A DNA stretch of 64,000 bases from Octopus vulgaris (GCA_951406725.2 OX597843.1:7750001-7814000); one strand, 5' to 3'; counted from the first letter of the stretch, positions 42,790 through 57,347 are shown. A program made the numbers and translations. The notes: generated by a model not told the origin, from the letters alone.

Positions 42790-43205
42790 TTTTACTTTTA
42801 CTCTTTTACTTGTTTCAGTCATTTGACTGTGGCCATGCTGGAGCACCGCCTTTAGTCGAGCAAATCGACCCCGGGACTTATTCTTGTAAGCCCAGTACTT
42901 ATTCTATCGGTCTCTTTTACCGAACCGCTAAGTTACGGGGGGACATAAACACACCAGCATCGGTTGTCAAGCAATGCTAGGGGGACAAACACAGACACAC
43001 AAACATATACACACACACAAACACACAAATACATATATACGACAGGCTTCTTTCAGTTTCCGTCTACCAAATCCACTCACAAGGCTTTGGTCGGCCCGAG
43101 GCTATAGTAGAAGACATTTGCCCAAGATGTCACGCAGTGGGACTGAACCCGGAACCATGAGGTCGGTTAGCAAGCTACTTACCACACAGCCACTCCTGCG
43201 CCTAT
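42790..43205 (-). mobile_element. SINE-A full copy
   Basis: Complete head to tail. Confidence 0.9.
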
Positions 43206-43582
43206 ATATGGATATATAAATAAATTTTGATATAATCTGCATTCATTCACTTCGGAGAAATCTGCGTCTCGCCACGACGCGATCACACAGACACAGAAAC
43301 GTGGGTGGGGAAAAAAAGGGATAAACACGGCGGCACATCGCTGCTCCCCATCCCTTTGGTGGTGTCGGCTGGTGGGGGTGGGGCGCCGCTGATAGTGCTG
43401 CTGCTGCTATTGCCGCTGTTCTTTCAGCTCTCATGAGAAATGTCATTCCAGTCGTGGCCTTCACAAAACTTTTTCAGACACGATGAAGAAAGTAGGGTGG
43501 GATTCGAGGGACATCTGGTTGCTATTTCTACCGGGGTTAGGTACCATGTAGAAGTCTCCCTCATTGGCTCATACAAACATAC

Positions 43583-43625
<43 letters not shown>

Positions 43626-43645
43626 TATATTTATATATATGCATA

Positions 43646-43727
<82 letters not shown>

Positions 43728-44063
43728 CAACCATCTTACCACACAATTTACACCTGCACCTATTAAATCTTAAGGGTAAACCTGAACTTTAAGCGTCAAA
43801 ACCTGGTTCGTATTTTATATTAAAAAATAGACGAAGTAGATCTTAAATTTATGTATCAAAACCTACGTCTATTTTTATCTATTAGAACTTATAATAATCC
43901 TTAACTTTTAGCGCCGAGATCTGATTTATACAGTTAGAAATAACGATAGATCTTAATTTTTAGGTATTAAAATCTGTTAAGCTTAAGCTCCATAGCTGAT
44001 TGTATTTCAGTAAAATACACGACAGACCTGAAAAATATTCTGTTATGTATTCTTTATCTATTA

Positions 44064-44434
44064 CTAGCAGTATCGCCCGGCGTTGCTCGGGTTTGTAAGG
44101 GAAATAACTATAAAGCATTTTTAGAGAGTTATAGCCAAAAAATAGCAAAAAAATGATGGTAAATTTTTTTTTGAGTTAAAAAAGGTTGAGTTGCGTCCCC
44201 TAGACAGTCTGTGGTTTGTTTCTGATTCTCGACCCCATGTCGAATTTATCGATTTTTTTCAGAACTGGGGGAACTTTTCAAAATTTTCGCTGCGTTAGTT
44301 TTGAATTATGACATTGGGCTATGTGTGTGTCAAGTTTCATCAGAATCGGTTGAAAGCCGTGGTCAGGGTGAGGGTACAACCTAACAGACACACAGACACA
44401 CACACAGACAAACTGCCGTTTATATAGAGAGAGA
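44064..44434 (-). mobile_element. Complete non-autonomous Helitron (internal type 3)
   Basis: Minus strand A|TC...cccgagcaacgccggg-cgatactg-CTAG|T: canonical termini, A^T insertion site, no TSD. Confidence 0.85.
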
Positions 44435-44461
44435 TAAATAAAGGCAGGTCTAAAGGTTAAA

Positions 44462-44892
44462 TTACTCTCTTTTCTCTTTTACTCTCTTTTACTTGTTTCA
44501 GTCAGTTGACTGCGGCCATGCTGGAGCACCGCCTTTAATCGAGCAACTCGACCCCGGGACTTATTACTTTGTAAGCCCAGTACTTATTCTATCGGTCTCT
44601 TTTGCCGAACCGCTAAGTAACGGGGGTACATAAACACACCAGCATCGGTTGTCAAGCAATGCTAGGGGGAAAAACACAGACACACAAACACACAAACGCA
44701 TATATATATATATATAAATATACATATATACGACGGGCTTCTTTCAGTTTCCGTCTACCAAATCCACTCACAAGGCTTTGGTCGGCCCGAGGCTATAGTA
44801 GAAGACACACTTGCCCAAGGTGCCACGCAGTGGGACTGAACCCGGAACCATGTGGTTGGTTAGCAAGCTACTTACCACACAGCCACTCCTGC

Positions 44893-44923
<31 letters not shown>

Positions 44924-45092
44924 TATACGACGGGCTTCTTTCAGTTTCCGTCTACCAAATCCACTCACAATGCTTTGGTCGGCCCGAGGCTATAGTAGAA
45001 GACACTTGCCCAAGCTGCCACGCAGTGGGACTGAACCCGGAACCATGTGGTTGGTAAACAAGCTACTTACCACACAACCACTCCTACGCCTA
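44462..45092 (-). mobile_element. SINE-A with duplicated head
   Basis: Full copy 44462-44892 plus extra head 44925-45092 in the same orientation. Confidence 0.85.
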
Positions 45093-45415
45093 TTCTGTAA
45101 AATTATTTCTTAAGAAAATAAGGTAGCCCTTAAGCTTAGATGTCAAAACTTTGTTTGATAAAAGCGGTTTATCTTATACAATTTCTGACAGATTTAAAAC
45201 CTGTATTATTTTCATGTTTGGGATCTATCTTCAAAGTTTATTGTAAATAATAAGGAGAGAATACGACGGGAAGCGGCAAAGAGATGGGGGCAGAGTGGCA
45301 AAACACGGTCGAAGAAAATATAATACTGGATTGCCAATGGCAACGAAACACGATTTTATTAAAGCCCAAAAAATTCGCAACCTGCTTGTGAGTTTTTCCG
45401 GCTTTAATCAAATTA

Positions 45416-45454
<39 letters not shown>

Positions 45455-45459
45455 TATAG

Positions 45460-45492
<33 letters not shown>

Positions 45493-45622
45493 TGTATGTA
45501 TGTATGTATGTATGAATGTATATATGTATATATATATATGTAGTATATATGAAAGATGACCTGTGTCAAATGATTGCAACAAGTAAAAGAATAACAGAAT
45601 ACATACATATATATATATATAC

Positions 45623-45735
<113 letters not shown>

Positions 45736-45813
45736 TTTAAATATATGGATGCGTATATACATATAAATGTATATATATATGCAAATATTTATATGCATGT
45801 ATATATATATATA

Positions 45814-45874
<61 letters not shown>

Positions 45875-45900
45875 ATACATATATATATATATACGCGAGC

Positions 45901-45937
<37 letters not shown>

Positions 45938-45938
<1 letters not shown>

Positions 45939-46317
45939 TAGCAGTATCGCCCGGCGTTTCTCGGGTTTGTTTCGACCCTTTAGAATTGGAATTTTTGAAA
46001 AAAAGAATTTTGCATTATTTAGCTTGTTATTCTCTTTAAGTGAGCATTTTTCTGGCGAAAATAGGCGACACAGCAGTCAAAAAATCGTAAAGAATAGGGA
46101 TTTTCATTGAAAAAAAGCACCTTTTTGGTGTAAATAATTTTTGGTGTTAACATGGTCCGATTTGAATTTTTTCTTCTACGGAAGGAAGAGCAAGCCTTCT
46201 TCTATCATACTCTCAATTTTGGTCAACTTGCGTAGCAGGGTCTCGGAGGAGATAGTGTTAGTTGAAGGCTACCAAATGTGTCATACACAGACAACTTCAA
46301 CTTTATATACATATAGA
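45938..46317 (-). mobile_element. Non-autonomous Helitron (internal type 2)
   Basis: 5' A|TCtatat, 3' hairpin; interior matches 16461-16845. Confidence 0.8.
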
Positions 46318-46586
46318 TAAATACATTTTCATTAAAATGTGGGCCGACAATTTACTATTTTGCTGGTGTGGCCACCAAAATCTCACATCGGAGTTCTCAA
46401 CGAATGTTTTTTTAATCTATGGACACCTTTGATTACCATACTATTCTTGTGGACACCTTAGCGATTCGATGTATATCCAAAAAAGTTTCTATAAAATCTC
46501 TTTCAAATATCCTATTTTGTTTTAGGTTAAACTACGGGGTTTTCAGCCATTTTTTTAATGCCTGGACCACTTTGATTACTATTTTA

Positions 46587-47001
46587 GGATCTTTTCGGTT
46601 TGAACGGCAGTTTTTAAAAAAATAATTTCCACGTAACTAAACACTTTTAAACTTCGGATACTGGTAGAATGTGTTTATAAAACATATTTTTCTCTTGGCT
46701 TTCTTGAGAAAATTCTATAGTTTGTAAGATATTTGTTGTTTTTTTTTCTTCAATTTCTGCAATTTCAACCAATCAACGACGTCTATTGAGGTGAAAAACA
46801 TTCTGTGCCGTATGAATATGTCCCTCGTTTAAGAAACAGATTGGGTTTATTTACATTTGTGAAGAAAAAAAAATACCCTACCCCCCACCCCTAACCCTAA
46901 AACAGATTGAAATGCAATAGATCGATACTAGGGTCATAATTATGGATGACAATTTCATATGACATCGCTAGAAAAAACTGCCGGTCAAACCGAAAAGATC
47001 C
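46587..47001 (+). mobile_element. Solo 415-bp MITE with 29-bp TIRs and a probable 8-bp TSD
   Basis: ggatcttttcggtttgaacggcagttttt ... aaaaactgccggtcaaaccgaaaagatcc; flanks ctatttta / caatttta. Confidence 0.88.
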
Positions 47002-47223
47002 CAATTTTATTCTGGTGGACCTCCATAGCTATTCGATGTTTAAAAGCCAGTTTTCTAGAAACTTCTTTCAAAATTCCTATTTTGTCCTTCACACATCCCC
47101 TTGTGTAGGTTCAACTCTGGAAAACGTTTGGCCATTTCTTTCAATAAATACATCTAAATCAAAATGCGGGTCCCCAATTCACCATTTTGCTCGTGTCGAC
47201 CCCAAAATCTTACACCAGGGGTT

Positions 47224-47426
47224 ACTCTTTTTCTCTTTTACTTGTTTCAGTCATTTGACTGCGGCCATGCTGGAGCACCGCCTTCAGTCGAGCAAATCGA
47301 ACCCCGGGACTTATTCTTTGTAAGCCCAGTACTTATTCTATCGGTCTCTTTTGCCGAACCGCTAATTGACGGGGACGTAAACACACCAGCATCGGTTGTC
47401 AAGCAATGCTAGGGGGACAAACACAG

Positions 47427-47457
<31 letters not shown>

Positions 47458-47610
47458 CGACGGGCTTCTTTCAGTTTCCGTCTACCAAATCCACTCATAA
47501 GGCATTGGTCGGCCTGGGGCTATAGCAGAAGACACTTGCCCAAGATGCCACGCAGTGGGACTGAACCCGGAACCATGTGGTTGGTTAGCAAGCTACTTAC
47601 CACACAGCCA
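47224..47610 (-). mobile_element. SINE-A flanked by a 73-bp direct duplication
   Basis: 47151-47223 and 47611-47683 match with 4 mismatches. Confidence 0.88.
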
Positions 47611-47889
47611 CATCTAAATCAAAATGTGGGTCCCCAATTCAACATTTTGCTCGTGTGGACCCCAAAACCTTACACCAGGGGTTCTTAACTACTTCTTACC
47701 AACGGACTCCTTTTATCATTATTTCATTCTGCTCGACCCTCATAGCCCTCCGATGTTTAGAAACTAGTTTTATAAAAACGTCTTTCAAAATCCTTATTCT
47801 GTTTTCCCCACATTAACTTGGGTAGGTTGAACTGTGTAAAATGTTGGAGAAAGAAACCCAGCTGTTTCTTGCAATACATAACCAACACA

Positions 47890-48240
47890 AGGACTCCAAA
47901 TTTGCCATCAAGATGTAGGACAAGATACTGTGATAGCCTGGGATTCCGAGGCCCACAGCTCTTCAATATCCTCCCGAAGAACCTAAGAGACCTGCATGGG
48001 GTGGATGCAGATGTTTTTAAAATAAAACTGGATCTCTTCCTGTCAGGTGTCCCAGATGAACCAACTTCACGGCAGGAGGTGCAGATGAGGGCAGCTGCAT
48101 CGAACTCTCTCATGCACCAAATGGCAATTGCTAAAAAGCATTCGTGAAGTAAAATCATGTAGCAAGACCGAATGGGCGGTGCCCCAGCATGGCCACGGCT
48201 TGTGAGCTGAAACTAGATAAAAAAAATAAAAAAAATAAAA
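47890..48240 (+). pseudogene. 3' fragment of CR1/L2-group LINE ORF2 plus 3' UTR and A-rich tail
   Basis: PSRCRTRYCDSLGFRGPQLFNILPKNLRDLHGVDADVFKIKLDLFLSGVPDEPTSRQEVQMRAAASNSL; ggcggtgccccagcatggcc; (taaaaaaaa)n. Confidence 0.85.
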
Positions 48241-48249
48241 ACATACATC

Positions 48250-48469
48250 TCTTTACTCTTTTAGTCTTTTAATTGTATCAGTCATTTGACTGTGGCCATG
48301 CTGGAGCACCGCCTTTAATCGAGCAACTCGACCCCGGGACTTATTCTTTGTAAGCCCAGTACTTATTCTATTGGTCTCTTTTTGCCGATCCGCTAAGTGA
48401 CGGGGACATAAACACACCAGCATCGGTTGTCAAGCGATGTTGGGGGGACAAACACAGACACACAAACAC

Positions 48470-48508
<39 letters not shown>

Positions 48509-48870
48509 CATACATATATACGGCTGGCTTCTTTCAGTTTCCGTCTACCAAATCCACTCACAAGGCATTGGTCGGCGAGAGGCTATAGCAGAAGATACTT
48601 GCCCAAGGTGCCACGCAGTGGGACTGAACCTGGAACCATGTGGTTGATAAACAACCTACTTACCACACAGCCACTCCTACGCCTATATTCATATATATAC
48701 ATATATACGACGGGCTTCTTTCAGTTTCCATCTACCAAAGCCACTCACAAGGCATTGGTCGGCCCGAGGCTATAGTAGAAGACACTTGCCCAAGGTGCCA
48801 CGCAGTGGGACTGAACCCGGAACTATGTGGTTGGTAAGCAAGCTACTTACCACACAGCCACTCCTGCGCC
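48250..48870 (-). mobile_element. SINE-A with duplicated head
   Basis: Full copy 48250-48686 plus extra head 48705-48870. Confidence 0.85.
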
Positions 48871-49606
48871 TTTTTTCATGGGCCCTTAATACGAATCTGA
48901 GAAAATAATGATTTATGCAGAGCTAGTCCCACTCATCTACTCCTTCAAAATTTCATTGATTTAGTGTAATAAGGGCCGCAGGTCCAGTAGCATTTGTATG
49001 GGGGTTACTTTTACTTAGTTCAAGAGATGGTGAGCTTCATCTGCCTTGAGTCCGTTGCGATGTCTGTGAGTGAATTTCTTCCGGAAGCAGTTCCATGAAC
49101 TGGTAATTAAGCGGTTCCGTAACATGCAATCTGGGATACAGATAGTGACCCAGGTCAGTGGAAACCCGAGGAAATAATAATTCACTGTGGGACCACTTTT
49201 TCGCTAATCTCTCATCCTTTAAATTTGAATTGGTCTGACGCAACAAGTGCTACGACCGCCCCCTCCCGGTTGGAGTTGTAAGGACACACAGACACACACA
49301 CATCCAGTTCATGTAACTTGTAAGTAATTCCCTCCAGGACGAGAGGTGACAAAAGTTGATGCATTTCCATCGTTTCTAAGGCTTCAAGTTTGTACAAGAA
49401 TTTATATCGCTATATCAACACACACACATACACACACAAACACACACACACACACAGATATGTATAGGCATGTGCGTGTGTGCAGACCCAATTTACTCCC
49501 TACAAAAAAGTCTTATATCGATCTCCTGGGGTCATATGGAGCCAGGTTGAGAACCCCTGCTTTAAATCTTTGAACCCCAGTGGAGCAACAAGGGTTATGA
49601 TAGCTG

Positions 49607-50073
49607 GGTGTTGGGGATTTGGCGGGGGCAGTTGGGGTTTTGGTCGGGGGAAGTTGGGGTTTTGGCGGGGGCAGTTGGGGTTTTGGCGAGGGAAGTTGAG
49701 GTTTTCGCGGGGGCAGTTGGAGTTTTGGCGGGGTCAGTTGAGGTTTTGGCGGAGGCAATTGAGATTTTGGCGGGGCAGTTGAGGTTTTGGCGGGGGCAGT
49801 TGGAGTTTTGGCGGGGCAAGTTGGGGTTTTGGCGGGGTAGTTGGGGTTTTGGCGGGGGCAGTTGGGGTTTTGGCGGGGGCAGTTGAGGTTTTGGCGGGGG
49901 CAGTTGGAGTTTTGGCGGGGTCAGTTGAGGTTTTGGCGGGGGCAATTGAGATTTTGGCGGGGCAGTTGAGGTTTTGGCGGGGGCAGTTGGAGTTTTGGCG
50001 GGGCAAGTTGGGGTTTTGGCGGGGGAAGTTGGGGTTTTGGCGGGGGCAGTTGGGGTTTTGGCGGGGGCAGTTG
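49607..50073 (+). repeat. G-rich 21-bp minisatellite (~22 units) with a 187-bp higher-order duplication
   Basis: Unit ggggttttggcgggggcagtt; the variant run tcagttgagg...gcaattgaga recurs at 49734 and 49921. Confidence 0.9.
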
Positions 50074-50487
50074 TGGGTTAGTGTTACAGCATAGATCGGC
50101 TGGTACATTCTTTATCGCATCAGAAAGGACAATTCAGAAGCTTCACCATGGTGTGTTTGTGAGTTTCGAACCCGGAACGTCGACAACTGGAACTAATATC
50201 GTGTTATCTGACAGGCTTCAGCACATTCTTCGTCCACCGCATTCTACTCACATAACACGGAGGGTGAGGGAGAGGGGCAGAGTCAACACCAACCCCGCCG
50301 TCTGTGATAAAAGTTGAAACTTTAGCAACGTACCAGATAGAGGGATCGAACGTATACTCATTCGATTGCGAAAAGAGTTTCGTATCTGCCCTGCTATGCC
50401 TCGAACCATTCGACTGCGGCCAGGCTGAACTATTATATTTCATTCTGCTTCTTGTTCATTTGTTTTTCTTAATTAAACTAATACATA

Positions 50488-50845
50488 TAGACGGGCTTCT
50501 TTTAGTTTCCGTCTACCAAATCCACTCACAAGGTTTTGGTCGGCCCGAGGCTATTGTAGAAGACACTTGCCCAAGGTACCACGCAGTGGGATTGAACCCG
50601 GAACCATGTGGTTGGTAAGCAAGCTATTTACAACACAACCACTCCTAAGCCTATATATATATATATTTATATATATATATGACGGGCTTCTTTCAGTTTC
50701 CGTCTACCAAATCCACTCACAAGGTTTTGGTCGGCCCGGGGCTATAGTAGAAGACACTTGCCCAAGATGCCACGCAGTGGGACTGAACCCGGAACCATGT
50801 GGTTGGTAAGCAAGCTACTTACCACAGACTCACTCCTGCTCCTGT
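50488..50845 (-). mobile_element. Two tandem SINE-A heads
   Basis: 50488-50655 and 50680-50845, separated by (TA)n. Confidence 0.85.
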
Positions 50846-51065
50846 ATATGTATCTTTACACATATTAAGGTTTGTCTTCATGTAACGGTGCGTATGGAAC
50901 CAACTTACCATTCCACAGAATGAAGACTCCTTACTGCATCTCAAATTCTACGACCGACGCATTGAACTCGGTCGCAGAGGTTTCGGGTTCGTCTCGGTCC
51001 TATAGTCGTATTTTAGCGCGCGAGCGCGGTTGTACGTGTGTATGTGTGTTTGTGAGTCTGTTTGC

Positions 51066-51118
<53 letters not shown>

Positions 51119-51334
51119 AATATACTCATATTTATATATACGTGTATGTGCGTGTATATATATATGTATATACATGTATACATATTCGTATGATATATAT
51201 TCAAGCTGGTATTGGCATATCAGCGTGGACGTACGCGCCTACATGTATATATGCATTATATATATATATGTATACACACGTATATATATATACATAGATA
51301 TATGCATATATATATATATATATACATAGATATA

Positions 51335-51378
<44 letters not shown>

Positions 51379-51403
51379 CATATATACATATATATACATA
51401 CAT

Positions 51404-51456
<53 letters not shown>

Positions 51457-51568
51457 TATGCACATAAATATGTACATATATATATACAAATATACATATA
51501 TACACATATATATGTACATACACACATATATATATATGTATATACATTACTCCCTTCCTCTGTCTCTC

Positions 51569-51617
<49 letters not shown>

Positions 51618-51683
51618 TTATTTATATATGTATATATGCATATACACATATATATATATATTCACACACACACACAAACACAC

Positions 51684-51729
<46 letters not shown>

Positions 51730-52022
51730 TACGGGAATATTCTTTATATTGCATATCTCATTTCTCTGTTTTTTTAGTTTTTCGAAAATTATGTTCGTTT
51801 TCTATGTTCTTGCTTTTATGCTTTCGTTTCTCCTTGTATCTACGTTTTTTTTATGTCCTCTACCCATATATGTACGTGTATATATACATAATATATATGC
51901 AGGTATGTACATTATATATTTATATATTATTTACATTAATATATCTATATATATATATATGCATATATGCATATATACATATATATAAACACACGCAGAC
52001 AAACATTTATATCTAAAGGTCT

Positions 52023-52071
<49 letters not shown>

Positions 52072-52281
52072 AGATAAGAAAATGGAGAAATACATCTAAA
52101 TCAAATAATTTGTGGTAAATCATTTTACCTTTGCCCATATAATACAGTAAATGAAATGATTGCATCGCAATTCTTAACATTTATGTATTAACTTTGTTGG
52201 GTCCTTTACTAGCAGTATATTGGATATATGTTATCCCATGGAGGGTTGCACTTACAACCCCTATCTCAATTTGTGTATATA

Positions 52282-52326
<45 letters not shown>

Positions 52327-53115
52327 CTAGCAGCTAAGCCCGGTTTCACCCGGTCTGTTTTGATGGTGTGGCTTCGATCGGTTTTGGTTAGGCATAATCT
52401 ATAACAGCGTTTGTCAACCTTATCATTTCGGGTCCCCTGTTTCGATTGGAGCCTCCAGCTATAAGAAAATTTCGTGACCCCACACCGTCACAAAACAGCT
52501 TCTAAGCAACTGGTTGTTTTAATGGCGGAAGAAAGAGGGAAATTCCATTAGAAAAAGTTTTAATCGATTTTCTCGGGAGGTTTGGGGGTTAGGAAAAAAA
52601 TACAAACTACATTCCAATCTATGCACCCGTCTCCACAAGTGTGGAATTTTTTCATGCGAATCCACCCAGCCGTTTGACTGTGAACCTCAAGACATCACCC
52701 CGTGGCAGAAGAAAGAGGGAAATCCCATTAGAATAAGTTTTAATAGATTTTCTCGGTAAGTTTGGGGGTTAGGAAAAAAATACAAACTGCATTCCGATCT
52801 ATGCACCCGTCTGCACATGTGTGCCATTTTTCATGCGAATCCACCCAGCCGTTTGGCTGTGAACCTCAAGACAAGAAAGAATACAACGATCGCCCATGCC
52901 CAATGTCTCCATACTCTCTCTCTATCACACACACAGACACACACACATCCAGTTCATGTAACTAGTATGTAATTCCCTCCAGTACGAGAGGTGACAAAAG
53001 TTGATGCATTTCCAACGTTTCTAAGGATTCAAGTTTGTACAAGAATTTATATCGCTATATCAACACACACACACACACATACACACACACACACACACAT
53101 ACATATGTATAGGCA
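52327..53115 (-). mobile_element. Helitron-like element with an internal 180-bp tandem duplication
   Basis: Minus strand 3' end accgggtgaaaccgggcttagctgCTAG|T; repeats at 52523 and 52703; 52930-53115 is duplicated at 49285-49475; the far boundary is uncertain. Confidence 0.6.
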
Positions 53116-53282
53116 TGCGCGCGTGTGTGTGCGTCTGCGTGCACGCGCGCGCGTTTTGTAGCACTTATATATCTATTTCATATACAATTATAGAAGCTCA
53201 CTTACGGAAATGGCTTATGTGCATGCGTATATATGTGTGTGAGCATATATGTATATATACTGTTTTAAACTATACTTTACAC

Positions 53283-53352
<70 letters not shown>

Positions 53353-53465
53353 TTGTGTGTGCGTGTGTGTGTGGAGATGCAATGGCCTAGTTGTTGGGGC
53401 AGCGGACATACATATTTATATATATATGTATATATATATATGTATATATATATATGTATATATGT

Positions 53466-53499
<34 letters not shown>

Positions 53500-53540
53500 A
53501 TATATATATATGTGTGTGTATATATATGTATATGTGTATA

Positions 53541-53607
<67 letters not shown>

Positions 53608-53611
53608 TATA

Positions 53612-53689
<78 letters not shown>

Positions 53690-53694
<5 letters not shown>

Positions 53695-53845
53695 GAGATG
53701 CAATGGCCTAGTTAATGGAGCAGTGGACACAGCGATCGTAGGATCGCGGTTTCGATTCCCATACCGGGCGTTGTGAGCGAAAACACCTAAAAGCTCCAAG
53801 AGGCTCCGGCAGGGTATTGGTGGCGATCCCTGCTGTACTCTCTAT
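53690..53845 (+). mobile_element. SINE-B head fragment
   Basis: gtggagatgcaatggcctagt...ggtttcgattccc; shorter heads at 53370-53408 and 59668-59748. Confidence 0.7.
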
Positions 53846-54000
53846 CTAAAGGCACAATGCCTGAAATTTTGGTGACGAGGATAGTCGATTACAATGACCG
53901 CAGTACTTAAATGCTATATATTTTATGGAACCCGAAACAATGGAGGCAAAGTCGACCTGGGCGGAATTTGAACTCAGAACATGAAGACAGACGAAAGGCC
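53845..54000 (-). mobile_element. Diverged Nin-domain SINE
   Basis: ggcaaagtcgacc...gcggaatttgaactcagaac; similar to 62886-63065. Confidence 0.6.
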
Positions 54001-54150
54001 TCTACAAATAATGAAAATAATAATAATAACAATAATAATAACAATAATAACAATAATGATGATGATGATGATGATGATGATAATGATAATAATAACAAAT
54101 AATAATAATAATGATAATAAAAAAAAAATAATAATGATAATGATAATAAC

Positions 54151-54197
<47 letters not shown>

Positions 54198-54202
54198 TGA
54201 TG

Positions 54203-54233
<31 letters not shown>

Positions 54234-54247
54234 TAATAATAATAATG

Positions 54248-54285
<38 letters not shown>

Positions 54286-54312
54286 CATGATAATAATAAT
54301 AATAATAATAAT

Positions 54313-54368
<56 letters not shown>

Positions 54369-54403
54369 TGATGATAATAATAATATTAATAATAATAATA
54401 ATG

Positions 54404-54440
<37 letters not shown>

Positions 54441-54533
54441 TAATAATAATAATGATAATAATAATAATAATAATGATAATAATAATAATAATAATAATAA
54501 TCATGATAATAATAATAATAATGATATTAATAA

Positions 54534-54683
54534 ATCTTGATATAAGATCACCATGTTGCGCACATATGGTTGTGATGTATGTGCCTGGTGTACCCTTATC
54601 AGACGGGTAGTCATGATGGGTATACTGGGCTTTGTATATTTTACCCCAATACCACTTTGATGGCATACACTGCTCTCTCACTC
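54534..54683 (+). mobile_element. Short 5'-truncated copy of the (TAA)n-targeting element
   Basis: Embedded in (TAA)n on both sides; common 3' end. Confidence 0.78.
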
Positions 54684-54724
<41 letters not shown>

Positions 54725-54915
54725 TAATAATAATAATGATAATAATATTTCTGTCTATGTATGTATGTATGTATGTATGTATGTATGTATGCATTTATCT
54801 ATGTATAATGATGTATATATAATTTATGCGCAATTCTACATGCTAAACGTATATTTTGAGGGTATATAAGGATATGTGTTTGTATACATACATGCATACA
54901 TATACATACATATAC

Positions 54916-55021
<106 letters not shown>

Positions 55022-55351
55022 ATAAATATATATATATACATATACATACATACTTACATACTTACATATCTATATATATGTATGTATGCATATATATCTA
55101 CTACATTTGCTGGCAGGCATGCATACAAGCACACACACACATACACTCATACACACACACACATACACTCATACACACACACCTACGCACGCACACACGC
55201 ACTTATAAATTTACACATTTCCACTATTTCGCACATGTGTCACGTCTCGCCATATATATGTATATATATATATATAATTTTTATTGCTACTATTACTATT
55301 ATTATTACTATTATTATCATTATTATTATTATTATTATCATTATTATATCT

Positions 55352-55410
<59 letters not shown>

Positions 55411-55479
55411 ACAATTATTATTATTATTAATATTATTATTCTAATTATTATTATTATTATTATTATCATTATTATATCT

Positions 55480-55510
<31 letters not shown>

Positions 55511-55640
55511 TATTCTTACTATTGTTATTATTACTATTATTATTATTATTACTATTATTATTATTATTAATACAATTATTATTATTATTAATATTATTAT
55601 TCTAATTATTATTATTATTATTATTATCATTATTATATCT

Positions 55641-55671
<31 letters not shown>

Positions 55672-55807
55672 TATTCTTACTATTGTTATTATTACTATTA
55701 TTATTATTATTACTATTATTATCATTATTATTATTAATACAATTATTATTATTATTAATATTATTATTCTAATTATTATTATTATTATTATTATCATTAT
55801 TATATCT

Positions 55808-55838
<31 letters not shown>

Positions 55839-55912
55839 TATTCTTACTATTGTTATTATTACTATTATTATTATTATTATTACTATTATTATTATTATTA
55901 TTATTATTATTA

Positions 55913-55946
<34 letters not shown>

Positions 55947-56017
55947 CATTATTATTATTACTATTATTACTATTATTACAATTATTATTATTATCATTAT
56001 TATTATTATTATCATTA

Positions 56018-56070
<53 letters not shown>

Positions 56071-56308
56071 GTTATTACTTACTAGGTGTATATGTATGCT
56101 AGTGTGTGCGTGCGGTGTGGAAGGGTGTGTGTTGTTTATCGAGAAAGGAAGCGAGAAATTACCATTATTCTTCGAGTCTTTACCTCAAATCGTGTCTTTT
56201 AGTCGTGTAAGCTTTTGCACATCGCAATTGTTTAGAGCAGATTTTTTTCTTTTGTATTGCTCGAAGCAACTTATCTCTTCATATGTATGTGTATTTGTAA
56301 GAAGGGCA

Positions 56309-56364
<56 letters not shown>

Positions 56365-56579
56365 AAGTATATATATATATGTGAGTATTTTGGGGTATAT
56401 ATATATGTATATATGTGTAAATATATATATAAATATGGAAGTATATTTGTATATATATTTGTATATATATATATAAAAAAAACACGTGCATATACATGTA
56501 TATATATCATATATATATATCTATATATATATATGTATACATATATGTAAATATATATACATGTGTGTATATATGTATA

Positions 56580-56628
<49 letters not shown>

Positions 56629-56664
56629 GTATGTATGAAGTATATGTATATATGTGAGTAGTTT

Positions 56665-56711
<47 letters not shown>

Positions 56712-56867
56712 GTATATATGTATATATATATATGTGTGTGTGTGTATATATATATATTTAAAAACACATGCATATACATGTATATATATCATATATATAT
56801 ATATATATATATGTATGTATACATATATGTAAATATATATGCATGAGTGTATATATGTATATGCATA

Positions 56868-56907
<40 letters not shown>

Positions 56908-56984
56908 TACGTATATATATATATGTATGAAGTATATGTATATATGTGAATAGTTTTGTGTACATATATATATGTATATATGTG

Positions 56985-57089
<105 letters not shown>

Positions 57090-57157
57090 CGAATATTAAT
57101 ATAGATAGTACTAGGCACTGTTTCACCATAAAGGAGAATTATAGTTGTCACAAAGTA

Positions 57158-57347
57158 TGACGAGGGTGTTGGAAACACCTACATTGCTAGAAATAAGAGC
57201 TAAAACACTCTAATGCTGTATTCAAATCAGTCCGGCGAATATAGTGTCTGTCAGTATATAATGTGTAATATTATGTGCTTTGACTACAGCACGAGAGCAA
57301 TTTAGCTCTTATTTCTAGCAGTGTCGATGTTCCTACCACCTTAGTCA
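57158..57347. mobile_element. Foldback MITE-like imperfect inverted repeat
   Basis: acattgctagaaataagagctaaa...tgctgtattcaaa versus tttgactacagca...tttagctcttatttctagcagtgt. Confidence 0.6.

Noticed and set aside
49037-49246. Possible LINE RT C-terminal remnant (..SWN/LPEE..)
   Set aside because: Needs a frameshift and rests on a few residues; unsupported without blastx
49513-50108. PPPKPQL/TAPAKTS repeat protein
   Set aside because: 20-bp variant units repeatedly shift the frame; better explained as a minisatellite
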